A stretch of DNA of 64,000 bases from a virus (IMGVR_UViG_3300013308_000019:1-64000); one strand, 5' to 3'. Positions 9,573-20,652 are shown, numbered from the stretch's first letter. The notes: generated by a model from the sequence alone, not told the origin. A program made the numbers and translations.

Positions 9573-9932
9573 ATGAGTAAACTCAAAACAGCAAAAGCCA
9601 TCCGGAAATCATTCACCGTCGCGGGTGCGATCCTCAAATGGGTCGGCATCGTTGCCCTCGTTGTGGGTATTGGTATAGGTCTATGGGCTTGGGCCAATGC
9701 TCACTTCCTCAGCTTCGCCATTGTCATGGGGATTGTCGTCCTGTTCTTCACGGTCGGAATTATCGGTGAGGCGTGGGACTGGAGCAAGAAAACAATCGAA
9801 GAGGCTGAGGCGGAAGAGCGCCGTGCGCAAGAACATAACCGTGCCGAGAAGGAACGGGAAGAGTATCCGGACAGGTACGTGCCTTCCTTTGAGGATGAAG
9901 ATGTACTCTACAGTAGAATTATTCGCCGGTAA
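9573..9932 (+). CDS. Membrane protein (2 TM)
   Basis: Two hydrophobic segments; RBS. Confidence 0.7.
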   Translation: MSKLKTAKAIRKSFTVAGAILKWVGIVALVVGIGIGLWAWANAHFLSFAIVMGIVVLFFTVGIIGEAWDWSKKTIEEAEAEERRAQEHNRAEKEREEYPDRYVPSFEDEDVLYSRIIRR

Positions 9933-9968
9933 TTTGACACCGTCCCAACTAGCTGATAGGTTATACAT

Positions 9969-10244
9969 ATGAAACTTGAACACATGCTGGAGGTCGAACA
10001 CGCCATCCACGAAATCGAAGAACGAGCCGAGCGCAACCGCCTCGGAATGCTGGTGACACAGGAGGTCGCCAACTACCGCGCACACGGCGCTAGGAAGGAC
10101 GTAGAGACCCTTCTGGCGGTCGTCAACGCGGTGCTGGACGAACTGGTGGTCGGAAGCCACAACAAGCACCCGGAGGACCTTCTGGAGGTCATCTACAAGG
10201 CACTGACGGATGAAGAGGAAGGGGAAGAAGATGTCGCGGTTTAA
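9969..10244 (+). CDS. Hypothetical protein (leaderless)
   Basis: TTGACA-17-TAGGTT-6-ATG. Confidence 0.65.
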   Translation: MKLEHMLEVEHAIHEIEERAERNRLGMLVTQEVANYRAHGARKDVETLLAVVNAVLDELVVGSHNKHPEDLLEVIYKALTDEEEGEEDVAV

Positions 10245-10632
10245 GAACGAAGAACGCGTTCAGATTATTGCTGTCGGATCGGCCTACTCCCTTGGGTATG
10301 GCACGGTGGTTGAAACGCGTCCATCCTCTGTGCGGGTCCGAGTTGATGGCGGTCCACAGGATGCCATGACATTCTGGGACACGGAACTTATCCCCGCGCC
10401 AAATGTTCCGGCACCGGCAAAGGAATTCCTCCGGACCCAGAAATACATCCGTGAACTGGTTGAGGACACCAAGCTACTGAGAGATGCTGCTGGCCTGCTC
10501 CCGCAGGGTACAAGCGCACAGAAGGACCTGCAAGCCTACGCAAGCCATCAGGCCAAGATCGTAGCCAGCCTGAAGGCCGTACTGCGGCAGGACGGCGTAA
10601 CGTTCGCGGAGGATGCAGATGGCGGGAAGTGA
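10231..10632 (+). CDS. SH3/KOW-like protein with helical tail
   Basis: FKNEERVQI...GYGTVVE...VRVRVD. Confidence 0.6.
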   Translation: MSRFKNEERVQIIAVGSAYSLGYGTVVETRPSSVRVRVDGGPQDAMTFWDTELIPAPNVPAPAKEFLRTQKYIRELVEDTKLLRDAAGLLPQGTSAQKDLQAYASHQAKIVASLKAVLRQDGVTFAEDADGGK

Positions 10633-10814
10633 GGATTGGGCACCCGGAGAAACTGGTGATCTGGAGCTTGATCTGATAGAGTTGATCATGTTCGGTGTCT
10701 CTGATGGGTACGTCAGGGATGAGGACATTGAAGCATGTAGAGAAGAACCCGGTACCTATGGGTACGCGGCAGACTTGGTAATGGATTACCTCCGAGAGAA
10801 GGGAGTTGTTTTAG

Positions 10815-11114
10815 ATGGGTAGCAAGGTTTGGCCTGAAGCACGGAATGGTTACGGTGAGGACATCGTGGCGGTTCGTAAGGCAGAACGTACGGTCAAGGT
10901 GTTTCGTGCAATCCTGATGGTACTGGTTGCGGCGGCAGTCGTGGCGGGGGCGGCATTCATCCCGCCCATCGTCCTGATGTGGATCGGCGGTGTGATCCTC
11001 GGTGTAGGCGGAACCTATGCCGTGGGAGGCGGAATCGGTCTGGGCCTGTACGCACGCAAGGAAGCTGTCAAGACGCTGAAGCGTGCAAGGGAACGCGGCG
11101 TGTCCGCGACTTGA
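10815..11114 (+). CDS. Membrane protein
   Basis: Two TM segments. Confidence 0.6.
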   Translation: MGSKVWPEARNGYGEDIVAVRKAERTVKVFRAILMVLVAAAVVAGAAFIPPIVLMWIGGVILGVGGTYAVGGGIGLGLYARKEAVKTLKRARERGVSAT

Positions 11115-11383
11115 AATTCTAGAGGAAGAGAGCAAGCAAATGGAATCATACATCACTGACGAGATCAACAAGGGCCACACCGTCTACATGAAGAGCCAGT
11201 GGACTGATCCTGAGCCTGACACCTTCCGGATGTCTGTGGAGTCCGCTAAGCCCGGTGCCCCGAAGTTCGTGGTCATGAGCGGTTGTGCCACGTGGCTGAG
11301 CCTGAAGCAGGCCCGAGAAGTCTACGAGACTCTGGGCCGGTACATCGCGTTCATGGAGCGCCGCGACAAGCGACGTAGCCGGA

Positions 11384-11830
11384 TTGAGAACACTGGTGGA
11401 TAGCTGGTACGACGAGATGCGCAAGTGGTCCAGAGACTTCTACCGGACGCAGGAGCGAGTGGACATAACCCAGTTGCTGTTTGGCAGTCAAAAGGGCTGG
11501 ACGTGGCCTGACATGTGGCTTCCCTACTTCGGCGGTGACCCTGCCAAGGACGTGATAGGTAACCCCAACTGGATGAGTGGCGTGGTTAAGGAACCCTACA
11601 CCCTGACCTTTATCTCGACCGGACATTGGATCAGCTACCATAACTTCGGAACCCGGTGGATGGCATCCTTCGATCCGGGCGGAAACGTTCCGACTAAAGT
11701 TCTTCGAGGTCTGCACAATGCGGAACGACACGTGGAGCCAAAAGTTGACATCAGGACTGTGGTACAGTACGCTGAAGACACACACAAAGACGATGTAGCA
11801 ACACTGAAAAAGAAATGGAAATTCTTATGA
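11384..11830 (+). CDS. Hypothetical protein
   Basis: ORF in operon. Confidence 0.55.
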   Translation: MRTLVDSWYDEMRKWSRDFYRTQERVDITQLLFGSQKGWTWPDMWLPYFGGDPAKDVIGNPNWMSGVVKEPYTLTFISTGHWISYHNFGTRWMASFDPGGNVPTKVLRGLHNAERHVEPKVDIRTVVQYAEDTHKDDVATLKKKWKFL

Positions 11831-12160
11831 CACCACAGGAACGTATCGCCATGGCCCTCTTCGAGGACTGGAAGAAGTCGGACAGGGAGATCGCCCTGAC
11901 ATGGGAGACCGCAGGAGCGACCCTCCAGCGTGTCTTCATGCGTCAGGCTGAAGTGGCTCTGGAGGCCCTGTCCCTGCCGCTTGAACACCTGACGATGTTT
12001 GTTCTTACGGCGGAGGCACTGGGAATCGCAACGGAAGACAAACCCCTTGCGGACCACATTGAGGAATACATGGTCAGGCAGGGGCTTACTTCCTGACTTG
12101 CATCTGGTAGTAAGGACTGCTAGACTGACTGCAACGAACATGAACAAGGAAAGGCACACA

Positions 12161-13078
12161 ATGACTTTTGCAAACGGAACCAAAGTACGCTACAAGGCAA
12201 CTATCGCCCCGCTCGATGACCTCAACGGGATTGAGGGGATTGTCACTGAATCGAAGCACTTCAACACGACCTTCATCAAGGTCACCAAGGGTTCGGACAG
12301 TGGGCACCATGACTACCTCATCGGCAAGGTAGAGGGCTTCAGTACGTCTTCCCTTGTCGAGGTGCCTGCAAAGAAGGAGATCGAGGTGGGGGACCGTGTG
12401 AGGGTCAACGACCCATACTCGCGCCATCATGATCTCGTCGGTGTCGTCACGGATGTAGGCGACTCCTTCGGCAGGGACACCGCAAAGGTGGATGTCGATG
12501 AGTCCTGTGAGACTTTCCTGAACTTCAAGAAGTGGAACCCGTCGCTCGATGGGAAGAACTTCTACCTGACGATCTCCACACTGGAACTTGTCGAGGATGA
12601 GGAAGAAAAGCCGCTTGTCGGCGGGGCGATCAGCTACGAGCAGGTGGAGCGCGGCCAGCGAATCCGGGTCTCCTACGAGAGCAAGGGACTTATCCACAGC
12701 CGCGAGGGCATCGTGGGTGTGGTCACCAAGAACACCTACATCGGCAAGGACAACTACAACTGGACCATCAACCTTCTGGACGATGAAGCAGAGCGCTACG
12801 GCGGCAAGGGCCAGCGTCTGAACTGGGGCAGTGACAAGGTGAAGGAGACCATCGTGCTTCTCGAAGCGGCTCCTGAGGTTGACGCGGTGCTGGAGCGTCT
12901 GCTAGAGTCAAAGGGTGGCACAGTGGTTCGGGCGTTCAGCAACGAGTTCTTTGTACGTGATGCCTTCTCCGACACATGGCGGAACTGGTCCAGCGAGAAG
13001 TCCTACTCGTCCGAGACCCTGCGTCGTGAAGCTGGCGACAAGATCGTGTTCTTCGTGGAAGACAAGGAAGGGAACTAA
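12161..13078 (+). CDS. Multi-SH3/KOW-like module protein
   Basis: Repeated G.KVR / EVGDRVRV / RGQRIRV modules; C-terminus paralogous to the next gene. Confidence 0.7.
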   Translation: MTFANGTKVRYKATIAPLDDLNGIEGIVTESKHFNTTFIKVTKGSDSGHHDYLIGKVEGFSTSSLVEVPAKKEIEVGDRVRVNDPYSRHHDLVGVVTDVGDSFGRDTAKVDVDESCETFLNFKKWNPSLDGKNFYLTISTLELVEDEEEKPLVGGAISYEQVERGQRIRVSYESKGLIHSREGIVGVVTKNTYIGKDNYNWTINLLDDEAERYGGKGQRLNWGSDKVKETIVLLEAAPEVDAVLERLLESKGGTVVRAFSNEFFVRDAFSDTWRNWSSEKSYSSETLRREAGDKIVFFVEDKEGN

Positions 13079-14110
13079 ATGGGAATCAAAGAGGGATCAA
13101 TCGTTGTCCGGATTACGGACAGCGAAGGGGAACTGACCAAGTTCCGGGTGGAGAAGGTGGACGGCGGCTATGCCACCATGCGGAGCCTGAAGGACTACAT
13201 GCTCGCGACAGATCACATCGACAATCTTGCACTCCGCTACCAGACTGACTACTTCGATGTAGGGGATACAGTCCGGATTCGGGAGGACTACGTAAACAAG
13301 TACAACGAAGCAGATGGTGGAAATGACCTGACAGTGGTTGCGAACAGCAACACCTCAGGCCGTACCTCCACCACGGCAGTTGCGAACAACAACGGGGATG
13401 ACTTCACGGTACTCAGCGAACGTCTCTACTTGGTCAAGCCCGCCAAGAGTTTCAAGGCAGGGGACAGGGTTGTGGTGGACCCTGACCTTGCAAGGAAGTA
13501 CGACAACGACAGTATCTTCCACCACGTTAGCAACGTCGGCGTCCTTGTGATGACTGAGGACAGCGGCAGTCGGGCGGTCCAGACCACCAGCCACGTTGAA
13601 TACGAGAAGGACGGCTTCACCAACAACATCCCTACGCGCTGGCTGAAGCTCTACGAAGAGCCTGCCAAGCGGGTTGTTGGTGAACCTATCCGTCCGAACG
13701 ATGTGGTGGTGGGGGATACCCTCCGCGCAACATATTCCCATATGGGTATGAGTGTGACCTCTGAGGGTGCCGTGAGCCATATTGAGAAGATGTCTGACGG
13801 CACGCAAGTTCTCTATGTTGACGGAGGCGCACGGTTCCCTCTACCGGGTTTGGGTACCACCTACATCCTCGTGGAGGAAGCTCCTGAGCCTGTGGACGAG
13901 AACCTTCAGCGTCTTCTGGATGCTGAGATCGGGGACATCGCCCACGGCACCTACGCCCACGAATACTGGAAAAAGGTCGGTGATGACGAGTGGATGCTGC
14001 TTGAGCTTGACGCAGGCCTCATTCGTACGACAGATCATGTGTTCGGCTCGTTCTACAAGCTGAAGTACGGTACTCTGGTATTCTACCGGAAGGTTGAGGA
14101 TGCTGACTAA
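13079..14110 (+). CDS. Multi-SH3/KOW-like module protein
   Basis: FDVGDTVRI, FKAGDRVVV, VVVGDTLR modules. Confidence 0.7.
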   Translation: MGIKEGSIVVRITDSEGELTKFRVEKVDGGYATMRSLKDYMLATDHIDNLALRYQTDYFDVGDTVRIREDYVNKYNEADGGNDLTVVANSNTSGRTSTTAVANNNGDDFTVLSERLYLVKPAKSFKAGDRVVVDPDLARKYDNDSIFHHVSNVGVLVMTEDSGSRAVQTTSHVEYEKDGFTNNIPTRWLKLYEEPAKRVVGEPIRPNDVVVGDTLRATYSHMGMSVTSEGAVSHIEKMSDGTQVLYVDGGARFPLPGLGTTYILVEEAPEPVDENLQRLLDAEIGDIAHGTYAHEYWKKVGDDEWMLLELDAGLIRTTDHVFGSFYKLKYGTLVFYRKVEDAD

Positions 14111-14296
14111 GGAAGAGTTTCTGGACCTGCTACCGGGGGAGGAATTCCTCTCTGAGGGCCTGCGGGCCTTCAAGATGGCCGATGATGCGTTCGCGTTCCT
14201 AGAGGGCGGCAGAGGCATCGTCTGGGGCCAGCCAGCAGATATTTAAAGGAAGGACTCGGGGTTGACGCTCCGGGTCCTTTCTGTTATGCTGGGACT

Positions 14297-14680
14297 ATGG
14301 TAAAGAACGAGACAAACAACAAGAGACGCGTACAACAGCTACGTGAAGGTGGGGCAGAAGACCTGAAGGATTTCTACACCCACTACAGGGACACGTGCTA
14401 CGGCAGTGGGTCTGTCTCCCTCACGTGGGCTAGAGAGGCCTCAGAACTGATCCTGACGCTTCTGGAAGAGCGGGAGGCACTCAAGGAGCGGGCGCAGTAT
14501 TCTGAGTCACCTAGGGTTGTCCTGCGGCTGATGAAGGACGGCCACATCTGGGACTACACCAAGCACGTCGAAGACGTAACCGCATGGTCCCGGAAGATTC
14601 TGGCGTATGAGCCGGATGCAAGAATTGAAGTAGAGTACGCCTCGGAAGAGGAAATGTACGCGTGGAAGGAAGGATTCTAA
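14297..14680 (+). CDS. Hypothetical protein (leaderless)
   Basis: Hairpin promoter TTGACG-17-TATGCT-6-ATG. Confidence 0.7.
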   Translation: MVKNETNNKRRVQQLREGGAEDLKDFYTHYRDTCYGSGSVSLTWAREASELILTLLEEREALKERAQYSESPRVVLRLMKDGHIWDYTKHVEDVTAWSRKILAYEPDARIEVEYASEEEMYAWKEGF

Positions 14681-14681
14681 A

Positions 14682-14942
14682 ATGACCACATTATTCGCTT
14701 TTTACATCACCGGAGTGGTCCTGCCTGTGATATTCTCCTTGGTCGTATACATGGGCGAGGGGCGTGATAGGACCCGCACAGGGGCGCGTATTATCCTGCT
14801 CGCCCCCGTCTGGCCGCTACTGATCCCCGTCGTCCTAACGCGGGGCGTTCGGTGGCTCTGGAAGACGGCGGACTGGCGCGGCGTGGAAGAGGAAGAGGCA
14901 ATCCTTCAGGCACAGCGAAGGGGGATAAGGGGTGGCTGGTAA
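14682..14942 (+). CDS. Membrane protein
   Basis: TM segments; PVWPLL motif. Confidence 0.65.
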   Translation: MTTLFAFYITGVVLPVIFSLVVYMGEGRDRTRTGARIILLAPVWPLLIPVVLTRGVRWLWKTADWRGVEEEEAILQAQRRGIRGGW

Positions 14943-15376
14943 GACTCTGAAGCAGGTAGTACAGGAAGCCATCTATCAGGCACGATGGGTGGACGCATTT
15001 GGTAAGGACGGCAAGCTGGCGACAGATGAACAGATTGCCAAGGCAGTCATTGAAGCTATTGGAAAGGAAACAAGTGGGGTTTGGTCTGAAACCGAACAGG
15101 AACCGGATTCGGTTTGAAGACATTCAGGAGGGAGACCGCCTGAGGGTCCGCTACACAGAGGGAGACCGCTGGGAGGATCAGGACATGTGGAAGCCACCGG
15201 GAGCGCGTGTAGGGGCCAGCATTGGCGTCCTGCGCACCATTGTGTCGGAAGCCAAGGTACGCCCGTTGGAGAGCGTCTGGCTGTCTGAAGATGGCCGCAC
15301 GGTGGTTCACAAGGACTGGGCAGAGTTGGAGATCATCCGGCTTGACAAGATGCGAGAGGAAGGTTAGGCTGTAGAC

Positions 15377-15751
15377 ATGAAAACTGACCAACAGGCGGCG
15401 GCAATCGGCAACGTCCGAACCATGCTGGGAATTGACAAGAGGGCCGGAAAGCGCTGGACGAGTGTCCCGGTACCCGATATGGAGACACTTCTGGGGTACG
15501 TGGCCGAGCTTGAGAATAATCAAGTGGAGTCCGAGGAAGACGACTACGAGTACAACATCGAAGGCACGGACCTTGTGACCGGCGAGACCAGACTCTGGCG
15601 CAAGACGTGGGAACCGAAGCCTGACTGGCTGAGGAAGAAGGTCGATGAGCGCAATGCATACGACGACAAGCTACGCAACGCTGGCGGATCACCGGAGTAC
15701 ACACGCAGGTTAGTCAAGAGAAGAAAGGCAGGAAAGGTTCAGGGTGTCTAA
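15377..15751 (+). CDS. Hypothetical protein, YEYNIE...KRRKAG family
   Basis: Shares its C-terminal module with the next two listed genes. Confidence 0.7.
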   Translation: MKTDQQAAAIGNVRTMLGIDKRAGKRWTSVPVPDMETLLGYVAELENNQVESEEDDYEYNIEGTDLVTGETRLWRKTWEPKPDWLRKKVDERNAYDDKLRNAGGSPEYTRRLVKRRKAGKVQGV

Positions 15752-15885
15752 AATGAAGTGGCTATTGCGCCCTGTATTCCATGCTGACGGGGCTATCACG
15801 TTCACCAAGTACAAGCAGGTCCCAGAAGAATCGGTACAGGTAGTCGCGGTCCATAAAACCGTACAAGAGATGAGGGAGTTCTGGG

Positions 15886-16275
15886 GTGGAAATGTCTAAG
15901 TTCAAGGTAGGTCAAGAGGTGATCTTCAGCCATGGGGATTTGGAGGATGTGAAGGGTGTGATACTTAATCCTCACTTCCAGATCAGTCAGTCGGACTGGC
16001 CCGAGGTCGTCGTCCAGTACGGTGACGACCGGCGTTTCTTTGTGGACATCGACAAGGTGCGTCCTGCGGAGGACCCGTACGAGTACAACATCGAACGGAC
16101 CTCCGGGATCACAGGTCGGACCAGCATGTGCTTTGGCATGGATGGCTGGGATGATGACCGCGAGGCTGTCGAGGGGGATTTTAAGGACTACCTCGAAGGG
16201 GATGGGGCAACCATGCTGGGAGCTAAATTCAGGATGGTCAAGCGAAGGAAGGCGGGGCCGGTAGAAGATGTCTAA
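15886..16275 (+). CDS. SH3-like plus YEYNIE...KRRKAG module protein
   Basis: FKVGQEV; YEYNIE; KRRKAG. Confidence 0.7.
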   Translation: MEMSKFKVGQEVIFSHGDLEDVKGVILNPHFQISQSDWPEVVVQYGDDRRFFVDIDKVRPAEDPYEYNIERTSGITGRTSMCFGMDGWDDDREAVEGDFKDYLEGDGATMLGAKFRMVKRRKAGPVEDV

Positions 16276-16690
16276 GTTTATCAAGGGTGACATTGTGGAT
16301 GCACAGTGGCTGGGTGGGACGACCACACGCGGCATGGTCCACGAGTCGTGGGGCAGTCACATCAGCAGGAGAACGGGCCTTCCGATGACGGAAATCTTCT
16401 TGTTCGATCAGGGGTTCGTTGGGAGCTTCGATGAGGATGAGGTAGAGTTGGCTCTGGATGAGTACGAGTTCATGGCTGTCTACGTTGACCAAGAGGACTT
16501 CGATCAGGCCGCTATTGGGGTTGACGAATGGGGCACGCTGGAGTACGCTGAGAGTATGATCCAGAGGGCCAAGGAGCAGGAAGAAGACCCTGAGTGGAAG
16601 GAAGCTAAACAGCTTCAAATCAACCGACGCAGAAAGGCAGGGCACACAGTTGGACACGAAGCATTCCGTTGGGATATTCAGGGACGGTGA
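16268..16690 (+). CDS. SH3-like plus ...RRRKAG module protein
   Basis: FIKGDIV; EYEF; RRRKAG. Confidence 0.65.
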   Translation: MSKFIKGDIVDAQWLGGTTTRGMVHESWGSHISRRTGLPMTEIFLFDQGFVGSFDEDEVELALDEYEFMAVYVDQEDFDQAAIGVDEWGTLEYAESMIQRAKEQEEDPEWKEAKQLQINRRRKAGHTVGHEAFRWDIQGR

Positions 16691-17120
16691 CCGAGTAGTT
16701 ACCACCGTGAAGCTCTATGTGGTAGGCTACTCCGGAGAGTGGCTGGAGCCGGGAGCGCAGGGCCTGATCATCGGGGCCACCAAGACACAAGACTACCTCA
16801 TTGTCAAGCTGGATGAGGTTGACCTTCCTACCTACATCAGGGCGGCGAATCTGAAACTCGGCGCTCCGGGAGGTCTGGAGGATTTGAGTTTCTCGGACAA
16901 CCACGTTACTGTGGAGTACTGGCCGGGAGACAGGCTCAACAAACCCGAAGTTGCTATTTCGATCAAGACGTGGTACACACATCTTGATCGGGATTACGGC
17001 ACAGAGACTGAGGTCACTGGCGACTACGAGCTTGGTCTTGATGAGATGGTCGAGCTTCGGGATTTCCTCGACAAGGCCATCGACAAGGCGAAGGACTGGA
17101 AGTACAAGGGAACCAGTTAG
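16650..17120 (+). CDS. Hypothetical protein with SH3-like N-terminus
   Basis: FRDGDRV. Confidence 0.6.
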   Translation: MDTKHSVGIFRDGDRVVTTVKLYVVGYSGEWLEPGAQGLIIGATKTQDYLIVKLDEVDLPTYIRAANLKLGAPGGLEDLSFSDNHVTVEYWPGDRLNKPEVAISIKTWYTHLDRDYGTETEVTGDYELGLDEMVELRDFLDKAIDKAKDWKYKGTS

Positions 17121-17191
17121 GTTGACAAGGGCTACTCTTCTGGGGTAGCCTTTTCACATCAGGAAGTAATCAGACTATCGAAGGAGGAAAC

Positions 17192-17473
17192 GTGGAACTG
17201 TTCAAACTTGAAGCAATCCAGCCGACCGACGCTGTACGGGAACGCAACGCACGGAGGGCGGGTACAGGCGACGACTACCGGTGCATGGTGTGCAGTCTGC
17301 CGGTGAACACGGATTCCCCCAAAACGGTCTGGGTTCACATGTCCTACCATGGAAACCTTTACCCTTCGTCTGTGTCGTGCGAAGAGGCTGAGGACCTTCC
17401 GGAAGGTTCGATGTACATGCAACCGGTAGGTCCGGAATGCGCCAAGAAGATTCCCGTCGAGTACAAGGGGTAG
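17192..17473 (+). CDS. Putative Zn-binding protein
   Basis: CMVC...PVGPECAKK. Confidence 0.65.
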   Translation: MELFKLEAIQPTDAVRERNARRAGTGDDYRCMVCSLPVNTDSPKTVWVHMSYHGNLYPSSVSCEEAEDLPEGSMYMQPVGPECAKKIPVEYKG

Positions 17474-17477
17474 GACA

Positions 17478-17750
17478 ATGGAATTCATCAAAGGACACAG
17501 GAGCGCCACGCAGACGTACACCGTAGTGGACGGGCCGGTGATGGAGACAGCACCGGGACACCTGACACAGGGGAAGTTCAAGGTGGACTATCTGGCCGTG
17601 TCGTGGATTGACAACGAGGTGCAGATGGTGTACGTCAAGGGTCCGGGACTGAAGGCAGACGGCAGTCTGGGTAAGTACGTCCGCTCGCGGAAGCTCTTCG
17701 GATCGGACATTCCGGACTGGATGAACGAGGTACTGGACATTACCCTGTAA
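17478..17750 (+). CDS. Hypothetical protein
   Basis: ORF with RBS. Confidence 0.65.
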   Translation: MEFIKGHRSATQTYTVVDGPVMETAPGHLTQGKFKVDYLAVSWIDNEVQMVYVKGPGLKADGSLGKYVRSRKLFGSDIPDWMNEVLDITL

Positions 17751-17999
17751 CTTTGGTAGGCTGTAGCTAACAGGTTAACGACAAGGGAAGGAAGCCGTGA
17801 AGAAGAAAAGCGTCGAGAGACGGCAACTGAAACGTGGATGGGACAACAACCCGTACACGATTGACGCACGCTGGGATAAGGTTATCAACCGAATCCTGAA
17901 GTATCACAACTCCACAAGACCTGCACTTCGGCGGGCATCGCCTAAGATGATGTTCGGGTTCTTGGGCGCACCACAACTTATCCACAAGGGAGGAAAACC

Positions 18000-18251
18000 G
18001 TGAAGTATCTAGCAGGGTTCGTGTTGGGAGTGGCAATGGTTCTGGGAGTGGTGTCGTGTACACCCTCAGCACAGGCTGTCGATCCCAACCATGGGAACAA
18101 CAACCCCGGAATGTACCGGGACACGTGGCACAAGATGCCAGACGGGCGTACAGTGTACTGCCTGTACATCGAGGGACATCTGGGTGGCTACTCTCAGGGC
18201 AACACTCCTTCGTTCGAATGCGACTTCGATGGGGCTATGGTGCACAAGTGA
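18000..18251 (+). CDS. Small lipoprotein/secreted two-Cys protein
   Basis: Signal with VVSC; DGRTVYC...ECDF. Confidence 0.65.
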   Translation: MKYLAGFVLGVAMVLGVVSCTPSAQAVDPNHGNNNPGMYRDTWHKMPDGRTVYCLYIEGHLGGYSQGNTPSFECDFDGAMVHK

Positions 18252-19403
18252 GCGTAGAGGAAATAGCTAGGGTCCTCGCGGAGCATCAGAAGGAAGGATT
18301 CGCGTTCCGGAACGCGGCGAGCGGTGACCTGTTTGACTGCACCTGCGGAAGGCGGTACACTAGTCTTCCGGACCATCAGGCCGAAGCACTCGTTAGAGAA
18401 GGGATATGAAAGAAGCATGAGCAACACACGAAAGAATTCCACGACAGTCTCTCTGACTGCGGACGAACTGGTGAAACTGGACGCACTCTACCGGGTGGCG
18501 TGGGGTAGCTCCTACAACCCGGACAAGACCCAGAAGAAGCTTGCAAAGGCGCTGGCACGGATCGAGAACCAGCGGGAGGACTCCGGTGAGTAAGAGAGCC
18601 AGAGACCACCGCGCACGCATTCGACGGGACGAGCGGTATCTTGAAGGACGGGCCAAGCCTGACGACATGGACATCCACCTGTACGGTTGGAACCGTGCAA
18701 GGGTACGCAACCTTCGTAAGTGGGAGAGGCAGGAGGGACAGCTATTGTTTCAGAACAATATGGTGTACCTGAACTGGCTCCACTACGGGATGTGGCGACC
18801 ACTAGTGAAGGGGGACAAATGAGCGTAGGGAAGACACACAGGCTATATCTGATCGGGACTAGTCAGGAGAGTGCAGTGAAGAACGAGCCGTACCTAGACG
18901 CAGGGTCGGCACAGGAAGATGTGGTGGAGGATGAAAACATCTACTCCATCGACGTGACCCTGTTCGCCTCGCGGCTGAAGCCTGTGGAGAAGTGGGCTTC
19001 TGATGTATAGCTACACCATCTATGATGAGGACGGTGCCCTTCTGGAGCATACAGAGCAGGAGGGTCCTCCCGACATTGAGGCACTGTGTCACAAACACGA
19101 ACTGGGGTTCTGGCGACGGACACACAGAACAGAGAAGTTCAACATGACCACCTTCTACTGCTTCCACGGTAGGATTCACGTTAAGTACATGGAAGAGAAG
19201 GAGAATAATGAAGAAGAAAATTAACTGGTGGATGGTGGCCTGTGCCGCGTGCTTTGTGTTGTCTGCCGTGTGCTTCCTGCTATACGGGAACTGGTGGATG
19301 CTGGGGCTTTCCTTGGCATTCCAGATTGGAATCTTCGCCTTCGACTGGGCGGATCGCGGGACACTAAAAGACTTCTTCAGGAAGTAGAAGGGGAGTAAAC
19401 ATA

Positions 19404-20003
19404 ATGGACGAATTGAAAGCTTTTATCCAGAATGAAATTACGATGGCTGAAAACTCGGAGGCCTTCTACGAATTCTCTCAAGGATACGCAGAGGGTTGTA
19501 AAGCAGTCCTGAAGCACATCGAGGACATGGAAAAGACCGTACCTGCCGCTGTGACGCTCCCGGAAACGTCGAGGGTGGAACTGGATGTACTCTACCCTGA
19601 GAAGGACGGAGAGAGCGCGTCAGACCACACCACGCGCCTGCTGAGCCATGCGAAGGAACACCGAACCAACCGGCAGTGTTCCATCGGCTGGCACGAGGAA
19701 TGCTCGGAGAAAGACGAGGGAGAGTTCGCGCTGTGCAACTGTCTTTGCCATGCTGAGGGTGCTGAGGTATACTCGGTGGAAGGCCACGCCGAGGATGGCG
19801 TGGTGACTGTGATCCGCGCAGAGCGTGGGGCACACTACTGGCCCCCGCAGGAAGGCGAACCGGCAACGATGTGGGCTTGGTGGGTTCGGGCACGTTCGGA
19901 GACAGAGGCCGCAGTACAGGGAGCTACGAAGGAAAGGAACAGACTGACACATGGATGGACTACAGAAGACAGTCGAGAAGGCGATCATCGCCACGCTAAC
20001 TAA
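19404..20003 (+). CDS. Hypothetical protein with Cys/His cluster
   Basis: CSIGWHEEC...CNCLCH. Confidence 0.65.
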   Translation: MDELKAFIQNEITMAENSEAFYEFSQGYAEGCKAVLKHIEDMEKTVPAAVTLPETSRVELDVLYPEKDGESASDHTTRLLSHAKEHRTNRQCSIGWHEECSEKDEGEFALCNCLCHAEGAEVYSVEGHAEDGVVTVIRAERGAHYWPPQEGEPATMWAWWVRARSETEAAVQGATKERNRLTHGWTTEDSREGDHRHAN

Positions 20004-20128
20004 CCTAGAGGATGGGGCAGGCAGTGACTTGGAGTTCTGCCGCCCTGTCCTTGGCGGTGAGTGGTTGCATCTGGAGGGGAACCTCGATGTGGCACACCTT
20101 GCCTCTGATGTGATCAGGGCTATTACTG

Positions 20129-20437
20129 GTGAGTAACTGGACGTACACCCCGGAACACTGGGACATCGGGACGGTGGAGGAACGTATCCACCGTCTTCGT
20201 CGTCTGGTGCTGGCGCACTCTGTGCTGTACTACAGCATGGGGGAGACGGCGGTGCCTGACGCGCAGTTCGATACGTGGGCGTATGAGCTTGTGGAGTTAC
20301 AAAAAACGCATCCTGAAGAATCGGAGCGTGTGTTGTATCATCGTGAGGCGTTCGCTGACTTCACCGGGGAGACAGGGTTTGACCTGCCCCTGACAGATGC
20401 AGGAGCGGTACGGGCGGCAGAGAGGATGAGACCATGA
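20129..20437 (+). CDS. Stand-alone NAD-dependent DNA ligase domain Ia-like protein
   Basis: RIHRLRR...HSVLYY...VPDAQFD...ELVELQKTHPE matches the LigA N-terminal Ia pattern; no KxDG adenylation motif. Confidence 0.75.
   Translation: MSNWTYTPEHWDIGTVEERIHRLRRLVLAHSVLYYSMGETAVPDAQFDTWAYELVELQKTHPEESERVLYHREAFADFTGETGFDLPLTDAGAVRAAERMRP
20297..20309 (+). repeat. Isolated copy of the 13-bp array motif inside a CDS
   Basis: TTACAAAAAACGC, exact consensus. Confidence 0.6.
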
Positions 20438-20652
20438 TCGATTACGACTCGGGCCTCGCAAGGACGGTGGCGGGAATCATTCGGGACCATGAGGTCACAC
20501 ATGTGGTTGACTACACGTGGGGCAAGGAGATTGTCCCTCACTGTGTATTCTGTGGGTACCTCGGGGACAAGGAAGACCCCGCTTTACATACCGCCAACGT
20601 CGTGCTAGAGTATCTGGAAACACGAGGAACAACGACAACGGAGGATTAAATA

